DNA of 13,407 nucleotides. Origin: Armatimonadota bacterium (lineage in GTDB: Bacteria > Armatimonadota > Hebobacteria > CAIYQO01). Position 1 is the stretch's first letter. Every line of letters starts with the position of its first letter. The translations under genes were made by a program, and so were the position numbers. The notes beneath the pieces are model-generated. The model worked only from the letters and a program-made list of their open reading frames with translations. It ran no database searches and was not told the DNA's origin. The stretch spans positions 1 through 13,407 of the forward strand of contig JBBRXO010000075.1 in the NCBI GenBank assembly GCA_038248345.1, written 5' to 3'. This document shows positions 6,387-13,407 of this stretch, piece after piece.

Positions 6387-7388
6387 ATGATAGTATCACC
6401 CCATTTCGCCGCTATAATTGCCCGCGTAGGGAAGCTTGCCCAGACTGACGACTGCTGGGAATGTGGCGTCTGGTCGGCGCGCTATTGGGTGGTTGAGCAT
6501 CGCCAGGATCCGTATCGCCCCAATGTCTTTATGGTGATTGGCGACTGTGGTATCCCCCGTATTGATCAGTCAAAACCGTCATATTCGGCTACTGATGTCC
6601 TGGAACACCTGTTGCGGGCGATGTTGAAGCCTGCCAAGGGCATCATCGCGCCACGACGCCCTGCGCGTATATATTGCGCAGATGCCGAGGTCGTCGCGCT
6701 GCTGACGCCGTATATGTCGCAACTGGGGATCTCCTGTGAGGTTCGGGCTACGTCTGCCGAATGGCGCAAGCATCAATATGGGTTTGAACTAAGCCTCAAT
6801 CACGGGAAGGAGCAGTTGGCCGGATTAGCCACTATTCCCGGGGCGTCCCTGGCTGTGCAAGCTCATTTCTACGAACTCGCGGTGGCATATCATGAGCTGA
6901 AACCCTGGCGGACCATGAACGATGCACATCCGATGGAAATCCGGTGTCCTGCAACGAGCGCACCGCGTTATGGGGTGGTGATAGGGAGTGGCGAAGAAGT
7001 TTTCGGGCTGGTAGTATATGACACGGAGGCGCAGGCGCGTGCGATCATACATGATGAAAATCCTGATTCGTATAATTCGTTGCTCTTTTTTTATTCTAAG
7101 CAGACAACCATGAGTTTTGAGGATCTGGATGCCATGGCTGAACATGGGTGGGCTGTGCCCGATCCGGAGGCCTATCCCATTCTAGGACGATCGGTGGACG
7201 GCAATATCCTCCAACCCGGCTTAGCTGACCTGGTGTGGATGGAAGGCGCGCTGGGCGCCATATTGCAGTATTTACGCGAGCATATACAGTTGGACGGCCG
7301 TAAAATTATACCAACAGAACTGACCTTGCCAGTGCAAACGACCAGCGGAATAATCTCCGTGGCGTTACGCCTTCCGGCTTTTCGATAA
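6387..7388 (+). CDS. Hypothetical cytoplasmic protein (tentatively DUF6930/DUF7309-like)
   Basis: 333-aa ORF with GGAG RBS (6376-6379) and TGcTACACT extended -10 (6341-6349). The motifs LLRAMLKP..PRRPARIY and VVIGSGEEVFGLVVY recall these DUF families; this assignment is from memory and unverified. Confidence 0.6.
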   Translation: MIVSPHFAAIIARVGKLAQTDDCWECGVWSARYWVVEHRQDPYRPNVFMVIGDCGIPRIDQSKPSYSATDVLEHLLRAMLKPAKGIIAPRRPARIYCADAEVVALLTPYMSQLGISCEVRATSAEWRKHQYGFELSLNHGKEQLAGLATIPGASLAVQAHFYELAVAYHELKPWRTMNDAHPMEIRCPATSAPRYGVVIGSGEEVFGLVVYDTEAQARAIIHDENPDSYNSLLFFYSKQTTMSFEDLDAMAEHGWAVPDPEAYPILGRSVDGNILQPGLADLVWMEGALGAILQYLREHIQLDGRKIIPTELTLPVQTTSGIISVALRLPAFR

Positions 7389-7483
7389 TCCGTAATAACA
7401 CCTGCTCTGCGGCGTAGGCATTACTGCTTAGGCCTCGTCCCCTACTCACCGGCTATTACCGAATGGCCGAAGGCGTAACGCCA

Positions 7484-7512
7484 TTGACAAACAGGACGAG
7501 GAGTATTATTAT
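7484..7512 (+). promoter_or_regulatory. Near-consensus sigma70 promoter
   Basis: TTGACA (7484-7489) - 17 nt - TATTAT (7507-7512), upstream of the gene starting at 7572. Confidence 0.75.
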
Positions 7513-7571
7513 GAACTTAATAAACGCTATTTAGACGGGGTTTACCGGATAGCTATATGAGGAGTTATGTT

Positions 7572-10121
7572 ATGAGACTAACGTTTTGGGCTCTCGCCTG
7601 CGTACTTTTGTTAGGAGTACTGGGGGCGCAGGCGGTGCCGGCGCCGGTTATTTACCAGCTTTCACGCGACACGGTGTGGCACCTTGGGGGCACTCCTATC
7701 ACCATCAGAGGGGAGAACCTGTTGGGCACCTCGAAGGTAACCATCGGCGGGCTTGCGGTGACCTCTTTGGTGGTTACTGATTCTACGGTCACCTTTATGT
7801 CACCCGTACAGGTACCGTCGCCGGTGACTAACCCGGCCGTGGCCTACGCTATGGTTGACCTGGTGCTGACGGCGCCGGGCGGTACGATTATCATGCCGAA
7901 GGCGATCCTGTTCAATCCGCCGGCGGGCACCGGCGTGACGGCGAAGGGGTCGGACTGGGCGGTGTTGGCTGAGGCGGTGGTGACAGCAAATCCACCTGCT
8001 ATCACGCTCAAGTGGCCACTGGAGACTCGGGCCACGGGTTATGCTATCTCGCGGAAACTGCGCACGAAAAACAGCTGGACGCCCGTGGGCACCGCCGCCG
8101 GGAACACAACGTCATGGACCGACACGGTGGTGGCAGTCGGGCAGGCGTATGAATACCGAGTGCAACGCACCACGACGATCATGGCTTATCCGGCATCATG
8201 GGGCCGAAAGATGCTCACGCCGCTGACCAGCTATGGCTATGTCTATGCTGGCATCGACATGCCGTCGGTGGATCATCGCGGTACTGTCATCCTTATCGTG
8301 GATAAGACGATAGCGGGGCCGTGTAGCGCAGAATTGGCCCTGCTACAGGAGGATATCATTGGTGATGGCTGGTCGGTTATCCGTCATGACGTAGCCCGCG
8401 GCACAGTCAACATTGACAAGGGACCGGGTGCATATGAGCCCACGGGGGCTCCAGCGGTGAAGCAACTTATTGTGAATGATTATCAACAGAATCCGGGGGA
8501 CGTGAAATCGGTGTTGCTCTTTGGTCATGTTCCGGTACCGTATTCGGGCAACTTCTCCCCCGCTGGCCACGCGGATGGACACCGTGGCGCCATGCCTGCC
8601 GACGTCTACTATGGCGACGTGGATGGTGTCTGGACGGATAATGTGGTGAATGCCGAGATCGCAGATGCCAAATCCTATTACTTTACCAGCTGGAATGTCC
8701 CTGGAGACGGCAAGTTTGACCAATCCTGGATTCCGTCCGATGTGGAGTTGGAAGTAGGGCGCGTGGACCTGTCGTCCATGGGGGCGAATGAAGTCGCGCT
8801 GCTGAAGCAATATATCACTAAAACCCATAATCACCGCTACGCGCTCACCGTGTTGCCGCGCCGCACGCTCATCATGGAAGGGTCGGGTGACGATTGGAAT
8901 GGTCTGAGCCAGGGCGGCTGGCGCTCCTGGTCGCCACTGGTTGGCGCAGGCAATCTGGACTCGGGGTGGTTTTATCCGAAACTCGTCACGAATAAAGAGG
9001 CGTATCTCGGCCTGTGCGTGACGGGAAGTGGCGATAACGGGCGCGTAGGATCGGGAGACCGTACCACGACGGTCTATAGTCGTGATTTCACCAACGCGGA
9101 TATTAAAGTCGCTTTCTGCACAACCTGGGGCAGTCATCACGGCGACTGGGATCACCCGCAAAATCTGCTGCGTGCGCCACTGACCAGCAGCTCCAGCGGC
9201 CTCACGAATGTCTACGGCTATTTCCCCTCCGGGTACATGCACACCATGGGGCTGGGCGGCACGGTAGGTGAGGCGATTCGTCTGAAGCAAAATAACACCG
9301 CCACCTATGCGCAATATGATCCAGGGAACAGCGGCGGTGTACATATCGCGTTAATGGGTGACCCCACGTTGCGCCTGTTCGCGGTAAGCCCCCCGTCGGC
9401 GCTCACCATCACGAAAGACGGCAAGGACCACCCCGTGTTAGCCTGGCAAGCCTCCACGGATAACGCGTTGCTCGGTTACTACGTCTATCGCGGCTCCAAC
9501 CCGAACGGGCCGTTTTTGCGGGTGACGCCCGACCCCATCACCAAGACCAACTGGACGGACGGTCGCGTCGCGTCAGGCACCGTCATCTATCAGGTGAAGG
9601 CGGCGAAGCTGGAAACTACCCCCAGCGGCAGCTACATCAATACCAGCCAGGCGCTGACCGTTACGATCACCGTGCCGGGCGCGAATGAGGTCATTCCTGC
9701 CACCCCGCCGGTCGCATACCACGGCCCCGGCACGATTTATCAGGTATCTCCCGTGACGATCAACGAGGGGAACGATGGCATCAGCAAAATGACGATCACC
9801 TGCCTTCGCGTAGGGGGCTCCACCGGTCGCGTCGTCGTGAAGTACGTGGTCGGGCCAGATGATGTTTGGATCGGCCTCGTTTTGATTCAAGCCATCCCGA
9901 CCATTGATTACGAACTTGCGCAAGGCACGCTGACCTGGGATGACGGTGACATGACCCCGAAGACCTTCACCATTAACGTCAAAGGCAATCTGAAGCCGGA
10001 ATACGATAAATTTATCCCCATCCAATATAGCGTCACGGAAGGGAGCGCCACCGTGCAGCACCCTCAGTCGTCCCATAACTATGTCATCAACGATGACGGC
10101 GCTGTGCCTGCGACGAATTAA
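7572..10121 (+). CDS. Secreted multidomain protein: IPT/TIG, FN3-like, C25 (gingipain)-like core, FN3, Calx-beta
   Basis: GAGGAG 7 nt before ATG 7572; signal peptide MRLTFWALACVLLLGVLGAQA; IPT (GGTPITIRGENL..VTIGG); FN3 (WTDTVVAVGQAYEYRV; LLGYYVYRG); C25-like motifs VLLFGHVP, ADVYYGDVDG, VELEVGRV, LMGDPTL; Calx-beta (DYELAQGTLTWDDGDMTPKTFTINV..INDD). Confidence 0.8.
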   Translation: MRLTFWALACVLLLGVLGAQAVPAPVIYQLSRDTVWHLGGTPITIRGENLLGTSKVTIGGLAVTSLVVTDSTVTFMSPVQVPSPVTNPAVAYAMVDLVLTAPGGTIIMPKAILFNPPAGTGVTAKGSDWAVLAEAVVTANPPAITLKWPLETRATGYAISRKLRTKNSWTPVGTAAGNTTSWTDTVVAVGQAYEYRVQRTTTIMAYPASWGRKMLTPLTSYGYVYAGIDMPSVDHRGTVILIVDKTIAGPCSAELALLQEDIIGDGWSVIRHDVARGTVNIDKGPGAYEPTGAPAVKQLIVNDYQQNPGDVKSVLLFGHVPVPYSGNFSPAGHADGHRGAMPADVYYGDVDGVWTDNVVNAEIADAKSYYFTSWNVPGDGKFDQSWIPSDVELEVGRVDLSSMGANEVALLKQYITKTHNHRYALTVLPRRTLIMEGSGDDWNGLSQGGWRSWSPLVGAGNLDSGWFYPKLVTNKEAYLGLCVTGSGDNGRVGSGDRTTTVYSRDFTNADIKVAFCTTWGSHHGDWDHPQNLLRAPLTSSSSGLTNVYGYFPSGYMHTMGLGGTVGEAIRLKQNNTATYAQYDPGNSGGVHIALMGDPTLRLFAVSPPSALTITKDGKDHPVLAWQASTDNALLGYYVYRGSNPNGPFLRVTPDPITKTNWTDGRVASGTVIYQVKAAKLETTPSGSYINTSQALTVTITVPGANEVIPATPPVAYHGPGTIYQVSPVTINEGNDGISKMTITCLRVGGSTGRVVVKYVVGPDDVWIGLVLIQAIPTIDYELAQGTLTWDDGDMTPKTFTINVKGNLKPEYDKFIPIQYSVTEGSATVQHPQSSHNYVINDDGAVPATN

Positions 10122-10166
10122 TACGAATAGCAGGAGTTTCGCTTTCGCTCTCCTCCTGGCGCGATC

Positions 10167-10192
10167 GTCCCCGTGAACATGCTCACGGGGGC
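10167..10192. terminator. GC-rich hairpin between convergent genes (possible terminator)
   Basis: GTCCCCGTGA-ACATGC-TCACGGGGGC, followed by a weak T tract (GTTTG). Confidence 0.4.
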
Positions 10193-10225
10193 GTTTGCGT
10201 GAAGGTTAGATTACACAGGGCGCAT

Positions 10226-10603
10226 TCATCGTTCACTTGTGGAAGTGGCGGTAGGGTGCAGACGGAGCTTACGGCAGCTAATCATATATCCGTGTTTGCA
10301 CTCGTCACAGACGCCACAGCCAGAGATATGGTAAATCACCACACGATCTCCTGCCATGAATTGCTTACAACCGGGGCCGGTCTTTACGATCTGGTTGCAT
10401 GGTTCATGCCCGGCGATTACGCCCTGGTATCCTTCCGGGCCTTTTCCTAGGTGGTCGCGATAAATAGCACGGATGTCGCTGCCGCAGATGGAAGAGGCTT
10501 TCATCTGCACCAGTATTTGCCCATAGCCAGGCTCTGGAATAGCATATTCGTGGAATTCCACGGTACTGTTACCTGGTAACACGACGCCGGTCATTTTGGT
10601 CAT
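10226..10603 (-). pseudogene. 3'-truncated zinc-dependent (MDR) alcohol/polyol dehydrogenase
   Basis: GGAGG RBS and ATG at 10603; SICGSD, GHEPC, GDRVV and structural-Zn cluster [15 protein letters not shown]. It stops at 125 aa with no Rossmann domain, whereas MDR enzymes are about 350 aa. Confidence 0.85.
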
Positions 10604-10684
10604 TTCCGCTACCCTCCCAAGTCGTATATTGCGATTATACTGCAGAATTCCTTGCAGAGAGCGGCAAATAGGATTAATATCAGC

Positions 10685-10696
10685 GCAACATGTTGC
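10685..10696. promoter_or_regulatory. Putative LacI-family operator
   Basis: Perfect palindrome GCAACATGTTGC between the divergent dehydrogenase and lacI genes; a minus-strand TATAAT lies at 10639-10634. Confidence 0.5.
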
Positions 10697-10712
10697 ATAA
10701 CTTAGGAGAATC

Positions 10713-11497
10713 ATACCATCCCTGCGAAAACTGGCTGAGTTAACCGGGAGTAAGCCCCTCAACTGTTACTCGTGCGCTGTGTGGAGACGCGCGCCCGCGT
10801 CCAGGCACTGGCAGAGCAGTACCATTACCTACCCAACCGGCTGATGCAAAGCCTGATAACCGGTACCAGCCATACGCTGGGGCTGGTATTGCCCAGCGTG
10901 GCGACACCCTACAGCGCGCGTTTGCTTTCCGGTGTGCTGCACACCGCAACAGCTGCCGGATACCGCGTGCTCATCCGGGAAACTTTCTACCAGTTGGCAC
11001 TTAGTCTGGCGGCAATTCAGATGTTTATCGAGCAACGGGTAGATGGGATTCTGCTTGATTGTGGCCACCGCGCGCTCAAGCGGCGCATGCTCTCGACGCG
11101 GTATTTCATCGATGTCAAAGAAATGCCCCCTTACGAAGAGCTACCCGCCCGGGATATCCTCGCGCAACTACTGGCGCTGGCACCAGCACCCACCGCAATT
11201 ATCGCCTGGGAAGACACTATCGCAGCTTTACTCTGTAAAGAAGCGAGCAGCCACGGCCTGCGGATACCCGGTGACCTCAGCATCATGGGATTTGGCAATC
11301 TGGCCATATCCAGCCTGCTCACTCCCACCCTGACTACCCTCAAGCAGCACCCGGAAGAGGTGGGGAAACAGGCGGTTGAATTATTCCTGGCGCGATTGGA
11401 AGGTCAGCAGCAGGCGTCACCGATAATCCCACGCTTGATCGCCATCCCTCCTGCGCTGGTAACGCGTGCCAGCTGTGCCCCTCCAATCTATATTTAA
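10713..11497 (+). pseudogene. Degraded LacI-family transcriptional regulator
   Basis: The HTH is split over three frames: (ATA)[11 protein letters not shown] / [10 protein letters not shown] / VETRARVQALAEQYHYLPN. The ligand-binding domain (TLGLVLP, VDGILL, PTAIIA, GLRIPGDLSIMGFGN, PTLTTLKQHPEEVG, LVTRASC) appears to carry a large internal deletion. Confidence 0.88.
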
Positions 11498-13407
11498 CGC
11501 ATATATCCCTTTACCGGCGTGGTGAACTGGTATCTGCCCGGCGCCAGCGTGAAGGACGCCGCCTCTGCTGCTGCGGTTATCCCTGGCGCTGTCACTGCTG
11601 GCACACCGCCCTCGGTTATATTAGTTAGGTCACTACTGGTCGGCAGGTAAGCGGTGGCGCTGCTGTTGGGCGGTACGGTCACCTTCCAGCTGAAGGTATC
11701 GCCGTCGATGCGCCAGTCACTCTCCAACAGGCCATAGCGTGTTTGCAGAGCGCCACGGGCTGCGGTAAGGGTGCCGCCGGGGAGTGGGCGAAGTATGGCA
11801 TGCTGGTACCCAGGCATATCGGGGTCGATCTTAATGCCAGCGACAGTGTTGTACAGCCAGTCGCCAATAGCCCCCAAACTGTAATGATTGAAGGAATTCA
11901 TACTGGGATCCTGGAAGCCCTTCGCTTCGGTCCAGCCGTCCCAGCGTTCCCATATCGTGGTAGCGCCCTGCGTCACCGGGTAGAGCCAGGAGGGGAAGGT
12001 CTGCTGTTCCAGCAACGCGTAAGCCACATCCAGGTAGCCCGATTCCGTCAGCGCATGCATCAGGTAGGGCGTCCCCAGGAAACCGGTGGCCAGGTGCATG
12101 TCGCGCTGCCGGATATTTGCCACCAGTTGTGCAGCAACAGCGGCACGGCACGCGGGGGGAAGTAGCTCGAAGTGCAGCGCCAGTACACACGCAGTCTGGG
12201 TATTCTGCTCAAGTATGCCATCCGCAGTGAGGAAACGCTGCTGGAATGCAGTGCGGATACTGTCGGCGAGATCTGTGTAGCGAGTCGCGTCCTCGCTCTT
12301 ACCCAGGATGCGGGCAATCTTACCCAACAAACGTGCCGAATAGGCGTAGAAAGCCGTGCCGATGTACTCCTTGGAGGTGCCACCTGTCCAATCAACGCCG
12401 GTGGGATCGCCATCCATGGAGAGCCAATCGCCGAAACCGAGATAAGCGGGCATTTCGGGGTAACCGCGGAAGTAGTCACGGCTGGTGCGCGTCAGGAAAT
12501 CCAGGTGGCGCACCATGCACTGGTAGTGTTCGCGCAGCACGCGCGTGTTGCCATAGGCCTGGTACAGCGTCCAAGGTACGATAATGGCGGCATCTGACCA
12601 GCCGGGGCCGCCGTCGTAATCGGCGTTTGAATTTGGGGTAAACGGTGGTACTCCGCCATCGGCAAACTGGCCATCACGCAGATCCTGCAACCATTTGTCG
12701 AAGAAACCGGCGACATCCATGTTGAATACTGCCGTATTGGCGAATACCTGCGCGTCTCCCATCCATCCCAGACGCTCGTTGCGCTGCGGGCAATCGGTGG
12801 GTACATCGAGGAAGTTCCCCTTCTGCCCCCACTGAATATTATGTTGCAGTTGGTTAACCAGCGGATTAGAGCAGGAGAATTCACCCGTGGGTGTCATGGC
12901 AGAATGCAGCACCACGCCGGTTATTTCCGCTACAGCAGGCGAGCCGGCGGCGGCTTTTACTTCCACATATTGGAAGCCATGGAAGGTGAACCTACTCTCC
13001 CATACTTCTTCTGTGTCGCCGCGCAGTGTGTAGTGGTCAGTCGCCAGGGCGGAACGTAGATTCGTGGTGTAGATGTTGCCGTCCGGCTCAAGGCGTTCGG
13101 CAAAGCGCAGGCGGACCGTATCTCCGGCTTTGCCGGTCACTCTAATGCGCACGCGGCCCACCATATTCTGCCCTAGATTGTAGATTGTAGCTTCACCTAG
13201 CGTTGTCGGTTTGTCGATCGGGCTAAGCTCCTGGATGCGGCGTACCAGTGGGCCGTTAGACGCCACCAGAGCCACGCCAGTATCGGTGAAGGTCTTTACC
13301 GGGCACCAGGGTGTATCGTCAAAGTCGGGCGCATCACAGCCGGTCATCTCCAGTCGGGCGTCGTAGCTCTCACCATTCATCAAATCCGACCAGAGCAGCG
13401 GGCCATA
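11494..13407 (-). CDS. Alpha-L-rhamnosidase, glycoside hydrolase family 78 (5'-truncated by the window)
   Basis: The frame is open to the window end (YGPLLWSDLMNGESYDAR). Motifs: NLGQNMVG, FTFHGFQYVE, PTDCPQRNERLGWMGD, GFGDWL, GATTIWERWD, MNSFNHY. Its stop codon overlaps the lacI stop by 4 nt (TTAA, 11494-11497). Confidence 0.95.
   Translation of the reverse strand, partial: YGPLLWSDLMNGESYDARLEMTGCDAPDFDDTPWCPVKTFTDTGVALVASNGPLVRRIQELSPIDKPTTLGEATIYNLGQNMVGRVRIRVTGKAGDTVRLRFAERLEPDGNIYTTNLRSALATDHYTLRGDTEEVWESRFTFHGFQYVEVKAAAGSPAVAEITGVVLHSAMTPTGEFSCSNPLVNQLQHNIQWGQKGNFLDVPTDCPQRNERLGWMGDAQVFANTAVFNMDVAGFFDKWLQDLRDGQFADGGVPPFTPNSNADYDGGPGWSDAAIIVPWTLYQAYGNTRVLREHYQCMVRHLDFLTRTSRDYFRGYPEMPAYLGFGDWLSMDGDPTGVDWTGGTSKEYIGTAFYAYSARLLGKIARILGKSEDATRYTDLADSIRTAFQQRFLTADGILEQNTQTACVLALHFELLPPACRAAVAAQLVANIRQRDMHLATGFLGTPYLMHALTESGYLDVAYALLEQQTFPSWLYPVTQGATTIWERWDGWTEAKGFQDPSMNSFNHYSLGAIGDWLYNTVAGIKIDPDMPGYQHAILRPLPGGTLTAARGALQTRYGLLESDWRIDGDTFSWKVTVPPNSSATAYLPTSSDLTNITEGGVPAVTAPGITAAAEAASFTLAPGRYQFTTPVKGYMR

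Noticed and set aside
7498..7534. GAGGAG plus a 7-codon ORF (MNLINAI) as a leader peptide
   Set aside because: The Shine-Dalgarno-like sequence and ATG lie within the predicted promoter, upstream of its transcription start.
8343..9344. 333-aa minus-strand ORF
   Set aside because: Lies wholly antisense to the well-supported secreted protein; no family signature.
10604..10762. N-terminal extension of the dehydrogenase ORF as listed in the ORF track
   Set aside because: A GGAGG RBS and the family N-terminus point to ATG 10603; the extension overlaps the intergenic regulatory region and the lacI HTH.
12760..12810. QRNER instead of QRDER in the GH78 active-site motif
   Set aside because: The catalytic Glu and the WERW Glu are both retained, so this is not evidence of inactivation.

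Overview
GC-rich bacterial chromosomal segment. The FlgD-Ig-tailed secreted protein and the YjbH-like barrel suggest Armatimonadota, which is an inference. Left part: the 3' end of a large secreted FlgD-Ig-tailed protein, gpsA, a probable outer-membrane beta-barrel, several short palindromic (REP-like) intergenic elements and an intact tmRNA gene (ssrA, 4133-4520, tag ANNNNTQLALAA). Directly downstream of ssrA is a lower-GC accessory stretch with no integrase. It holds (i) palindromic repeats fused to the tmRNA CCA end, followed by a small, apparently leaderless GIY-YIG nuclease gene, (ii) a 2-TM/KOW-like protein, (iii) an AbrB-Doc toxin-antitoxin module bounded by perfect 14-bp inverted repeats and a 3-bp direct repeat, (iv) a hypothetical protein and (v) a secreted IPT/FN3/gingipain-like/Calx-beta protein. 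Right part: a decaying sugar-utilisation locus (truncated Zn-dependent dehydrogenase, frameshifted LacI regulator) and a GH78 alpha-L-rhamnosidase that runs off the window. Best candidates for undescribed systems: the tmRNA-anchored repeat plus GIY-YIG module, and the inverted-repeat-bounded TA cassette.
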